Under the pieces are notes generated by a model. That model made no database searches, was not told where the DNA came from, and was given only the letters and a program-made list of their open reading frames with translations. The translations under genes were made by a program, and so were the position numbers. This document shows, piece after piece, positions 18,810 through 27,450 of a stretch of DNA of 64,000 nt. Numbering within the stretch: position 1 is the stretch's first letter; every line of letters starts with the position of its first letter. Source of the DNA: an uncultured Holophagaceae bacterium (lineage in GTDB: Bacteria > Acidobacteriota > Holophagae > Holophagales > Holophagaceae); NCBI GenBank assembly GCA_963705865.1, contig CAVPLE010000149.1:6402-70401 (forward strand), written 5' to 3'.

Positions 18810-19270
18810 GAAACTCCTCCGGCGGCGGCCAGGGCCCGCAGGGCGGCTTCCACCCGCGCCACCTGGGCCGGATCCGCCAGCCGCCCATCGGCGTCCAGGC
18901 TGGACGCCGCCAGGGTGAGGCAGAGCGAGGCCTCCGGCACCACCCGCGCCGACATCACTTCCAGGGTGTGGGCCAGCGAGGCCTGGGCCTTGGCGCCCCC
19001 TTCCGGCGAAGGCGAGGCGCTCCAGGCCACCGTGGGCTTGCCCACGCAGGCGCCCGAGGAGACCACCCATTCCAGCAGGTTCTTCAATACGGCCGGCATG
19101 GCGTGGATGTACTCCGGCGTGCAGACGAGCAGCGCGTCCGCGGGCTGGATGCGGCTACGCAGATCCGCCACCGGCTCGGGCGCGGGGTCGATGTCCCGTT
19201 CGGGGCTGAAGTGCGGCAGCTCGTCCAGGCGCTCCCAGAAGTCGAAGGTGAACCCATACAGCAAAATTTG
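18806..19270 (-). pseudogene. NADPH-dependent FMN reductase, 5'-truncated at a REP element
   Basis: LPHFSP, ADALLVCTPEY...PAVLKNLLEW. The N-terminal flavodoxin-like GSLR segment is absent. Confidence 0.8.
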
Positions 19271-19346
19271 CCACCGATGAACACAGATGAACACCGATGA
19301 AAGAATGATGTTGTTCTTATCGGTGTTCATCTGTGTTTATCGGTGG
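19271..19346. repeat. REP-like doublet, family B copy 1
   Basis: CCACCGATGAACACAGATGAACACCGAT ... ATCGGTGTTCATCTGTGTTTATCGGTGG. Confidence 0.9.
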
Positions 19347-19364
19347 TTCATAGCTTTTGCTTTT

Positions 19365-20015
19365 CTAGGCCATCAGGGGCCTCCGCCGGGCCAGCAGTCC
19401 CCGCAGCGCCAGTGCCTGGACCACGGTGACGGCGTTCGAGGTGGCCCAGTAGAGGCCCAGGGCGGAGGGCAGGGTGGCGACGGCGATCACCGAGATCACC
19501 ACGGGAATCCCGATCATGAGCAGCATGGAGGCGTTGCCGGTGGCGCCGGGCATGAGGGCCGTGCCCAAAAGCATGAGGGCGCCGACGAGGATGGTCAGCG
19601 CGAGGTCAGGCCGCGCGAGATTGGGAATCCACAGGAACCTGGAGTTGAACACCATGCGCTTGAGGACCTGGAAGATGCCCAGGCCGAAGAGCCCCTGGGA
19701 GCCCATGTTCAGCACAGACACCTTGTCCATGAACGTGATGCCGTGCTGGCGGTACAGCGCCATGGTCTGGGTGGCCAGCTCGGTCGGATTGTCCTTGAGC
19801 CGCTCGCGCAGCTTCTCCAACTCGGGCTTGAGGCGCTCCATGGCCTCCTTGTTCTTCTGGGCCTTGTAGGCGGCCGTCAACGAGACGGGCATCAGCGCCG
19901 TGCGGGCCATCAGCGTGAGGGCGATGATCGCCGCCGCCTCCGAAAGCCCCAGGTGCGCTCCGAGAAAGCCAAGGGCGGTTTCAAGGAGGTGGGTCCACAT
20001 GGTCCACAGCGGCAT
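19365..20015 (-). CDS. yidC: Short YidC/Oxa1-family membrane insertase paralogue
   Basis: AIIALTLMARTALMPV, LKPELEKLRERLKDNP...MALYRQHGI, FLWIPNLARPD, LGLYWATSN. Confidence 0.82.
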   Translation of the reverse strand: MPLWTMWTHLLETALGFLGAHLGLSEAAAIIALTLMARTALMPVSLTAAYKAQKNKEAMERLKPELEKLRERLKDNPTELATQTMALYRQHGITFMDKVSVLNMGSQGLFGLGIFQVLKRMVFNSRFLWIPNLARPDLALTILVGALMLLGTALMPGATGNASMLLMIGIPVVISVIAVATLPSALGLYWATSNAVTVVQALALRGLLARRRPLMA

Positions 20016-20096
20016 CGGGGCTCCTGGGTCAGGGTGGAAGGATGGTGACAGATCTGGTTGAAACAGGTGGGTGCCATGCGGGAGAAAGACTATTTG

Positions 20097-20172
20097 CCAC
20101 CGATGAACACCGATAAACACCGATGAAAGAATGATTTGGTTCTTATCGGTGTTCATCTGTGTTTATCGGTGG
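20097..20172. repeat. REP-like doublet, family B copy 2
   Basis: Near-identical to 19271-19346 and in the same orientation. Confidence 0.9.
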
Positions 20173-20183
20173 TTTAAAAGTTC

Positions 20184-21183
20184 GTAACCGTTCAGCCCCC
20201 CACATGAACCAATAGCTTGTACTTTTTGCCTAGCCCTGCGAGTCTTGTTGGATGGACGAGTTGAAGAGGCAGAACGAGGAACTGAAGGCGCTGCTGGCGG
20301 CCTCGATGAAGCGCATCGCAGAACTGGAGGCGCAGCTCGATCAGAACTCTGGCAACAGCTCGAAGCCGCCCAGTTCGGATCTGGGGCGCAAGCGGAAGCC
20401 ACCGGTGGAATCGAGTGGTCGGAAGCGTGGTGGTCAGCCTGGGCATGATGGAAAGACCCGGGACGTGGTGCCCGAATCGGAGGTCGATGCGGTGGTGGAC
20501 CGGGATCCCGAGCAGTGCGAGCGCTGCGAGGAACCGTTGGTCGAGGCGCCCCGTTTAGACGCCTGCATTCGTCAGGTCTGTGAAACGCCGGAGTTCAAAG
20601 CCTTCGTCCAGCAGTTCAACTTGTGGCAAAAGCGTTGTCCGAAGTGCGGGCACCTCAATCGGGGCCAGATGCCCGCGGGGGCACCAAAGGGCGCGTTCGG
20701 GCCGAGGATCCAGGCCCGAATCGGCATCCTCACAGGGCGCTACCGGATGACGCGGCGGGAGGTCGTGAGCCTGAGCAAGGCGATGTTCGGCGTACGGATT
20801 TCCCTGGGATCGGTGCAGGCCTGCTGCAAAGCGGTCAGTGAGGCGGCGGCGGAGACGGCCCAGGCCATTCACGCCGAGGTGAAGCAGGCTCCTTCCGTGC
20901 ATGCGGACGAGACCGGCTTCGGGCGCCGCGGGAAGGATCGGATCAGGAAGGCTGTGCTCTGGCGGAAGGTGAGCCTGGGTGTGGACAGTGAAGATGGGGC
21001 ACGGTTCGCCGAGCGGATGCTGACCCTGGCCGGGACCGCCCGCAGGCGCGGCATCGACCTCCTCGCATGGCTCACCCGTGCCCTCCAGGCCAAACTCGAA
21101 GAACGGTCGCCACCAGCGTTCCAAGCGCGATAGAACTTCGCTACGCTGAATTGCCTGCCGTTAGGCGGGGGCTGAACGCTTAC
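20184..21183 (+). mobile_element. IS66-family element, internally deleted (1000 bp)
   Basis: TIRs GTAACCGTTCAGCCCCC / GGGGGCTGAACGCTTAC; no target-site duplication seen. Confidence 0.88.
20252..21133 (+). pseudogene. IS66 transposase lacking its central catalytic region
   Basis: NSSKPPSSD, GGQPGH, Zn-finger CxxC pairs, HADETG fused directly to IRKAVLWRKVSLG. Confidence 0.85.
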
Positions 21184-21192
21184 CATCATCTT

Positions 21193-21222
21193 TTATCGGT
21201 GTTCATCTGTGTTCATCGGTGG
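21193..21222. repeat. Half REP element, family B
   Basis: TTATCGGTGTTCATCTGTGTTCATCGGTGG, 10 bp from the IS66 right end. Confidence 0.8.
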
Positions 21223-21236
21223 CTAATGCCTCTTTT

Positions 21237-22328
21237 TCATTTCCCCGGATTCGCCGGCGCGTCCCGTTTGAACCACTGCGCCTGTCCATGGACGGGCCGT
21301 ACCTTTTGCTCCAGGGCTTCTAGCTGGCCAGCATTCAGTGGCAGAAATTCCCCCGCGATACGGACGTTCTCTTCGAGCTGGGCCACGTTGTCCACGCCGA
21401 TGATGACGGTGCTCACGGGGTGGCTCAGGGTGTAGCGCATGGCCTCTTTGATGGTGAGGGTGCCGGGGCGGTCGTATTTGGCCGGGCCGCGCTGCTTCTC
21501 CGGGGGCGGCGGCTGGACGCCGGCCAGGAGGCGGCCGCGGGCGGGGATCTTCATGCCGATGATGCCCATCTCCTTCTCCACCGCCAGGGGCAGCAGGGTT
21601 TTCTTGAAGGGCAGGTGCCAGGTGTCGGCGGCGTTGAAGGCCATGAGCACCGTGTCGAAGGGGAAGCGGCGGATGGCTTCGGCCAGCACGTCGGGATCCG
21701 TGTGGCCGCTGAGGCCCAGGAAGCGCACCAGCTTCTGGTCCCGAGCCTTCTGGAAGGCCTCCAGGGCGCCGCCCTTGGCGCAGACGCGCTCGACGTCATC
21801 CATGGTGCTCATGGCGTGGAGCTGCCAGAGGTCCACATGGTCGGTCTGGAGCAGCTTGAGGGAGGTCTCCAGCAGGCGCATGGAGCCGTCCGCCGTGCGG
21901 TCGTGGGTTTTGGTGGCGAGGAAGGCCTCGGACCGCCGCCGCTTCATCACCTGCCCGAAGTACTGCTCGCTCCAGCGGGCCTCGCCGCCGTAGCGGGCGG
22001 AGGTGTCGCAGTAGTTCACGCCCAGGTCCAGGGCCCGCTCGATGAGGGGGATGGCCACCTTCTCGTTGTTCGGCTTCTCGATGGCCGCCTGGCCGCCGAG
22101 GCTGAAGATCCCCACCTTGTGCCCCGTGCGGCCCAGGTTGCGGGTGGGCATGGCCGCGGCGGTGGCGGGGTTGAAGGGCGGGTGGGGCACGGGATGGTGG
22201 ATCACGGGCTCGGCGGCCATGCCCTCGGCCGCGCCCTCCATGGCCGCCAGGCGCGTGGCGACGAGGCCCGCCGCCGCGGCGGCCCCCAGCTTGAACAGGT
22301 CGCGTCGGGTGGTGCCGGCCTCGGACAT
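21237..22328 (-). CDS. Aldo/keto reductase with a Tat signal peptide
   Basis: TRRDLFK twin-arginine motif; GVNYCDTSARYG, ATKT, DLWQLH, IGMK. Confidence 0.9.
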   Translation of the reverse strand: MSEAGTTRRDLFKLGAAAAAGLVATRLAAMEGAAEGMAAEPVIHHPVPHPPFNPATAAAMPTRNLGRTGHKVGIFSLGGQAAIEKPNNEKVAIPLIERALDLGVNYCDTSARYGGEARWSEQYFGQVMKRRRSEAFLATKTHDRTADGSMRLLETSLKLLQTDHVDLWQLHAMSTMDDVERVCAKGGALEAFQKARDQKLVRFLGLSGHTDPDVLAEAIRRFPFDTVLMAFNAADTWHLPFKKTLLPLAVEKEMGIIGMKIPARGRLLAGVQPPPPEKQRGPAKYDRPGTLTIKEAMRYTLSHPVSTVIIGVDNVAQLEENVRIAGEFLPLNAGQLEALEQKVRPVHGQAQWFKRDAPANPGK

Positions 22329-22359
22329 GGCGTCCTCCGTGGGATTCAGGATCTCGTCA

Positions 22360-22776
22360 TCATGATCGCACCAGGAAGGCCTCGAGGTGCGCCAGGGCTT
22401 CATCAACGGCCCCGTAGGTCCGGAAGGCCACGCCGTCCTGGCGGATGCCCGTGAGCATCTTGCTGACGCGGACGCCTTCGCGGGCCAGGCAGAGCACGGG
22501 CTTGCCGCGCTCCAGCGCGTAGGCGATCTCGAAGCCCACCCCGTGGGAGGGCGTGCTCACCTCGGCGATGACGGCCTCGCTGGCACGGAGCCAGGCCGTG
22601 TCCCGCTCGAACACGGCCTCCGGCGACAGGCCGCCGTCCGATGCCATGGCCGATTCGGCAGCCAGGTGCGCCGTCAGCACGCGGTGGCCCAAGGCCTCCA
22701 TGCGGTCCACGAGGGCCGCCACCACGGGCTGGTCCTGGCGTCCGCCGGTGAGGGAACACGAAAGATACAGATCCAC
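22360..22776 (-). CDS. Nucleoside 2-deoxyribosyltransferase / nucleotide N-hydrolase family protein
   Basis: YLSCSLTGGR, FERD..WL, AEVSTPSHGVGFEIAYA. Confidence 0.85.
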   Translation of the reverse strand: MDLYLSCSLTGGRQDQPVVAALVDRMEALGHRVLTAHLAAESAMASDGGLSPEAVFERDTAWLRASEAVIAEVSTPSHGVGFEIAYALERGKPVLCLAREGVRVSKMLTGIRQDGVAFRTYGAVDEALAHLEAFLVRS

Positions 22777-22874
22777 CTGCCGCCTCTTGAAAGAAGGATG
22801 ATCCCCAGAGTCACACAGCCTCGTGATGGACGGAACGCCCGCCGGAAAAAGGAAGAACGCGAAGGGCATTTTTT

Positions 22875-23094
22875 AGCCACCGATTTCGCCGATGGCGGTG
22901 ATTGCGTCTCGGCGGATCGCCGCATGGGCCGGCCAGAGGCCGCTTCCGGCTTCACCGGAAGTCATGGGGGGCGCCAGGGTCGGGGCCTTCCAAGGGGCCG
23001 CGGCCCTGGCGCCCCCCATGGAGCCCATGCTGCGTTGGGACAGCGGCCTATCTTTCCATCTTTTCAATCACTGGAATCACTGAAATCGGTGGCT
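22875..23094. repeat. REP-like element with CCACCGATTTC ends and a family-A-type structured core
   Basis: Terminal IR AGCCACCGATTTC/GAAATCGGTGGCT; core CATGGG...GGCCGCTTCCGGC...CCCATG. Confidence 0.8.
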
Positions 23095-23127
23095 GAAGAA
23101 GCCTTTCCCAGACAGTGACCCGGCGCT

Positions 23128-25218
23128 TCAGTGCCCGAGGAGCTCGTCCGCCAGGTAGCCTCCGCCCATGATCTTCCGCAGGGCCTCGATGATGGCGCGG
23201 GCATCGGTGGCCACGGCGCGCTTGGTGTCGGGGTCGTAGACGTAGTAGCCGCCCTGCCCTTCGAACACGCTGTCGAAGTTGATGCCCACGAACTCGCCCT
23301 TCACGTTCACCACGGGGCTGCCGCTGTTCCCACCCACGGTGTCGCAGGCGTAGATGAAGTTGAAGGGCGTGGCCAGATCCAGCTTCGACTGCCGCTTGAG
23401 CCAGCGCTCCGGCAGGGTCCAGGCCCCATGCTCCGCGGCGGCGGCATTGCCGCCCCAGCCCAGGTGCCGGTCGTACATCCCCATGAAGGTGGTGAAAGGC
23501 TGGGCCAGGGTGCCCGTGCCGTTGGCGTAGGTGGTGACGGGGCCGTAGCCCAGCCGCAGGGTGAAGGTGGCGTCCGGATAGACGGCCCGGCCGAAGGCCT
23601 TGAAGCGGGCTTCGGCGATGCGCCCGCCCTGCTCGTTGAAGACGCCGGTGACCTCGGCCTCCAGCCGCTTGTGGACGGCGCGGCCGAAGGGATCGATCTT
23701 CTTCGCCAGGAGGATCATCGGGTCCGTGCTGGCTTCGATGGCGGCCTTGCCGCCCTCAGCCAGCTGCTTGCGGATGGCGGGATCGTCCAGCTTCGTGCCC
23801 GCCACGGCGGCCTTGGCCACGGCTTCCGGCGACTGGCCCCCCAGCAGGGCCTTCACGAAGGGATGCTCCGCGCCCAGCTCGTCCTGGGCCTCCTGCAGCC
23901 CCGCCGCCAGCAGCGTGGCGTCGATGGGTTTCCGCACGGGCCGGGGGGAGAGGAGCTGCGCCCGGGTGGCCTTGAGGTTGCCCTCGCTGAACTCGCTGAG
24001 TCGCTCGGCTGAGGGCTTGGCCGATTCGTCCGCCAGTCGCACCAGCGTGAGGGCGTGGCGGAGGGTCGCCACCCGGCCCACCAGGGTTCCCCGGCCGGCA
24101 TCGATGAAGGTGCTTTCCTTCAGCAGAGCCTTCTGGCGTTCCACGGCCTGCGTCATCAGGTCCCAGCTACCCCCCACGTGGGCCTGCAGGGCGGGATCCT
24201 TCGCCACGGCGGCCTTCAGGGCGGCTTCGGCCTCCGCCACCTTCTTCAGGTTCTCCGGCTTGGCCAGGCCCAGCAGCTGGCCGCTGAGGCGCTTGTGTCC
24301 GTTCTGGAGGCCATAGATGGGCTCCGCGGCGAGGCGGCCCGCCTCGGGCGAGGTGGCCGCAAAGGCCTGGAGGGCCTTCTCCTGGCGCTCCAGGGTTCGG
24401 AGCTGGAAGGGGATGCCGATGTCCCGGGCGTAGACCACCTGGGCGTAGGTCTGCTGGCGATAGGTGATGCCCGGATGCCCCGAGATGAAGGTCAGCTCGC
24501 CCATGGCCACGCCCTTGGCGCTGAAGGGGAGGAGGGCTTCGGGACGGTAGGGCTTCCCGTCCTCGTAGACGCGAAACAGGGAGAAGTCCAGGTTGTGGCG
24601 GGGGTAGGTGTAGTTGTCGGGATCGCCGCCGAAGGCCGCCACCTGGAGCTCCGGGGCCGCGACCAGCCGCACGTCGCTGAACTTCTTGTAGCGGTAGAGC
24701 CAGTACTCGCCGCCCTGGTAGAGGGTGACCGGCTCGCAGGTGAGTCCGGTCTTCGCCTCCTCGGTCCGCCGTAGGTCGGCCAGGGCATTGAGCCTGGCCG
24801 CCATGGCATCCTTGTCCGTCGCACCGGGCTTCACGGCGCCGTTCACCCGCATCGTCACATCCTTCATGGAGACGAGCATCATCAGATCCAGGCCCGGCAC
24901 CTGGATCTCCTGGCTCCGCCGGGCGGCGGTGAAGCCGTTCTTCACCAGGTCACTCTGGGCCGTGGACACCTGGGCGATGGCGCCCCGGCCCACGTGATGG
25001 TTCGTCACCACCAGGCCGTCACGGCTCACGAAGGCCCCCGTGCCGCCGGGGAAGCGCACCGTCGCCAGCTGCAGGTTCTTCAGCCAGGCGGCGTCCAGGT
25101 CCACGCCGTACTTGGCCTTGATCTGCTTCACGGGGATGTTGTCGAAAGTCCACATGCCCTCGTCCGCGCGCAGCGCGGGCAGGGTGGCAAGCAGAAGGAC
25201 GAGGGCGGTGAGGCGCAC
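23128..25218 (-). CDS. S46-family dipeptidyl peptidase (paralogue 1)
   Basis: DEGMW, TNHH, PRHNLDF, GGNSGSPV. Confidence 0.93.
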   Translation of the reverse strand: MRLTALVLLLATLPALRADEGMWTFDNIPVKQIKAKYGVDLDAAWLKNLQLATVRFPGGTGAFVSRDGLVVTNHHVGRGAIAQVSTAQSDLVKNGFTAARRSQEIQVPGLDLMMLVSMKDVTMRVNGAVKPGATDKDAMAARLNALADLRRTEEAKTGLTCEPVTLYQGGEYWLYRYKKFSDVRLVAAPELQVAAFGGDPDNYTYPRHNLDFSLFRVYEDGKPYRPEALLPFSAKGVAMGELTFISGHPGITYRQQTYAQVVYARDIGIPFQLRTLERQEKALQAFAATSPEAGRLAAEPIYGLQNGHKRLSGQLLGLAKPENLKKVAEAEAALKAAVAKDPALQAHVGGSWDLMTQAVERQKALLKESTFIDAGRGTLVGRVATLRHALTLVRLADESAKPSAERLSEFSEGNLKATRAQLLSPRPVRKPIDATLLAAGLQEAQDELGAEHPFVKALLGGQSPEAVAKAAVAGTKLDDPAIRKQLAEGGKAAIEASTDPMILLAKKIDPFGRAVHKRLEAEVTGVFNEQGGRIAEARFKAFGRAVYPDATFTLRLGYGPVTTYANGTGTLAQPFTTFMGMYDRHLGWGGNAAAAEHGAWTLPERWLKRQSKLDLATPFNFIYACDTVGGNSGSPVVNVKGEFVGINFDSVFEGQGGYYVYDPDTKRAVATDARAIIEALRKIMGGGYLADELLGH

Positions 25219-25257
25219 GGAAACTCCAGAAGGAAGAACAGGGAACCGCAGATGTCG

Positions 25258-27342
25258 CTACTTCCCGGTCAGTTCGGCGGCGAGGTGGGGCGCGTCGTAG
25301 ACCTTCACGAGGGCCTCCAGGATGGCGCGGGCATCCACAGAGACGCTGCGGTTCACCTTCTCGTCGTAGAAGTAGCGGCCGGCGTTGCCTTCGATGTTGC
25401 CATCGAAGAGGAGGCCCACCAGCTCGCCCTTGCGGTTCACCACGGGGCTGCCGGAGTTGCCGCCGGTGGTGTCCACGGTGTGGGAGAAGTTGAGGGGCGT
25501 CTTGAGGTCCAACTTGCCCATGCGATCCAGCCAGCGCTGGGGCAGGTGCCAATCGGTGTAGTCCTTGGCGACGTTGCCACCCCAGCCGAAGTGGCGGTCA
25601 TAGAGGCCGGCCCAGGTGGTGAAGGGCTGCTGGAGGGTGCCATTGGCGGGATAGGTGGCCACGGCGCCGTAGGTGATGCGCAGCGTGCCCGTGGCGTCCG
25701 GCGGCAGGGTCTTGCCGTAGACGGCGAAGCGGGCCTTGGCGATGCGGGCGCCGTGCTCCTCCAGGATGGCCTTCACGTCGTCCTGCTTCTTCCGGAGGCC
25801 GAGCAGGATGGGCTCGAGCTTGCGGGCCAGCACGATCATGGGATCGGTGCTCTCGGCCACGGCCTTCTTGCCGCCCGCGATCAGGGCCTTGCGCACGGCG
25901 GGATCGTTCAGCTTGGTGCCCGCCACGGCGGCCTTGGCCACCTCTGCGGGTTTCTTCCCGCCGAGGATCGCGAGGACGAAGGGGTGCTGGGGGCGCAGTT
26001 CCCGCGCGGCATCTTCCAGCCCCCGGGTGAAGAGGAGGGTCTCCAACTCGGGGTTGGCACCCTGCCCCATCATGCCCATGGCGGGTCCGCCGAGGCGTGT
26101 CTTCAGAACCTTGAGGCCGCCCTCGGAGCGGTACTCCGTCAAGCGCTTCTCCACGGGGAGTTCCTGCTGCTCGGCGAGACGCACCAGGGCCTCGGCTTGG
26201 CCCAGGGTCGCGGAGCGGGCCGCGCCGAGGTACTGGGCTTCCTTGAGGAGCCCCTTCTGGAGCTGCAGGGCCTGCTCGATGCGCGCCCAGCTCTTGCCGG
26301 TGCTCGCAGCCAGCTTGGGATCCTTGGCCACGGCGGCCTTCAGGGCCTTCTCCGCGTCCTCGAGGCGCTTCATGGCCTCGGCGTCCTTCAGGCCCGCCAG
26401 GGCACCCTCATTGGCCTTGGAACCATTGTTCACGCCCAGGATCAGGGTCTGGACCTGCCGGGCGTGCTCGGCGTCCTGTTTGCCGTACTCCTCGAGGATG
26501 GCCCGGAGGCGGTCCGCGTTGCGCAGGTAGGTGGGAATGCCGAGATCCCGGTCGTACTTCATCTGAGCGAAGGTCTGCAGGCGGCTGGTGCGGCCAGGGT
26601 GGCCCACCACGAAGGTGAGGTCGCCCATCTTCAGCCCCTCGGTGCTCCAGGTGAGGTGGTGGGCGGGATGGTAGGGCTGATCGTTCTCGTAGACGCGGAC
26701 CATGGAGAAGTCCAGGTCGTGGCGGGGATAGGTGAAGTTGTCGTAGTCTCCGCCGAAGGCGGCGACCGCGATCTCAGGGGCGGCCACGAGGCGGATGTCC
26801 TTGAAGGTCTTGAAGCCGTACATCCAGGTCTCGCCACCCTGGTAGAGATTCACCACGTCGTAGGTTAGCCCGCTGGCCTTCTCCAGCCCGGCCTTGATGG
26901 CGTCCAGCTCTTTCGCCCGGGCAGCGGCCGCGGCCTTTTCATTCAGGCCCGGCTTCACGGCCTTGGCCAGACGTTCCGTCACGTTCTCCATGGCCATGAG
27001 GGTGCGGTAGGTCAGGCCGGGAAGCTTGATTTCCTGGTCCCGCGTGGCCGCCACGAAACCGTCCTTCACCAGGTCCCGGTCCTTGGTGGACAGGCGCTGG
27101 AGGTAACCCCGGGTGCAGTGATGGTTGGTGAGCACCAGCCCGTCCGCGCTCACGAAGGAGCCGGTGCAGCCTCCCAGGGTGAGGGTGGAGAGACGGACGT
27201 GGTCGATCCAGGCCTGGTCAGGCTCGAAGGCGTATTTCTCCTTGAGCTGCTTCAGGGGCAGGTTGTCGAAGGTCCACATGCCCTCTTCGGCCCGGAGGAG
27301 GGGCAGGGCGAGCAGGAGGGCGAGGGCGGAGAGGCGTCGCAT
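25258..27342 (-). CDS. S46-family dipeptidyl peptidase (paralogue 2)
   Basis: EEGMW, TNHHC, PRHDLDF, GGNSGSPV. Confidence 0.93.
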   Translation of the reverse strand: MRRLSALALLLALPLLRAEEGMWTFDNLPLKQLKEKYAFEPDQAWIDHVRLSTLTLGGCTGSFVSADGLVLTNHHCTRGYLQRLSTKDRDLVKDGFVAATRDQEIKLPGLTYRTLMAMENVTERLAKAVKPGLNEKAAAAARAKELDAIKAGLEKASGLTYDVVNLYQGGETWMYGFKTFKDIRLVAAPEIAVAAFGGDYDNFTYPRHDLDFSMVRVYENDQPYHPAHHLTWSTEGLKMGDLTFVVGHPGRTSRLQTFAQMKYDRDLGIPTYLRNADRLRAILEEYGKQDAEHARQVQTLILGVNNGSKANEGALAGLKDAEAMKRLEDAEKALKAAVAKDPKLAASTGKSWARIEQALQLQKGLLKEAQYLGAARSATLGQAEALVRLAEQQELPVEKRLTEYRSEGGLKVLKTRLGGPAMGMMGQGANPELETLLFTRGLEDAARELRPQHPFVLAILGGKKPAEVAKAAVAGTKLNDPAVRKALIAGGKKAVAESTDPMIVLARKLEPILLGLRKKQDDVKAILEEHGARIAKARFAVYGKTLPPDATGTLRITYGAVATYPANGTLQQPFTTWAGLYDRHFGWGGNVAKDYTDWHLPQRWLDRMGKLDLKTPLNFSHTVDTTGGNSGSPVVNRKGELVGLLFDGNIEGNAGRYFYDEKVNRSVSVDARAILEALVKVYDAPHLAAELTGK

Positions 27343-27372
27343 GGGGACTCCAAAAGGAACTTCAAGAATGGG

Positions 27373-27445
27373 AACCGCAGATGACGCAGATGGCGCAGAT
27401 GAAAAGGGGATCTTTTAACTGCGGCCATCTGCGCCATCCGCGGTT
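27373..27445. repeat. REP-like doublet, family C (CGCAGAT subrepeats)
   Basis: AACCGCAGATGACGCAGATGGCGCAGATG ... CATCTGCGCCATCCGCGGTT; a truncated half lies at 25241-25258. Confidence 0.85.
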
Positions 27446-27450
27446 AAAAA

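Noticed and set aside
19271-20156. ORF-track starts MNTDKN... for yidC and the FMN reductase
   Set aside because: These N-termini are translated REP sequence, not protein.
19271-21222. Repeated CACCGATGAACAC units as a possible CRISPR array
   Set aside because: They are inverted doublets with 9-nt periodicity and no regular spacers; no cas genes are present.
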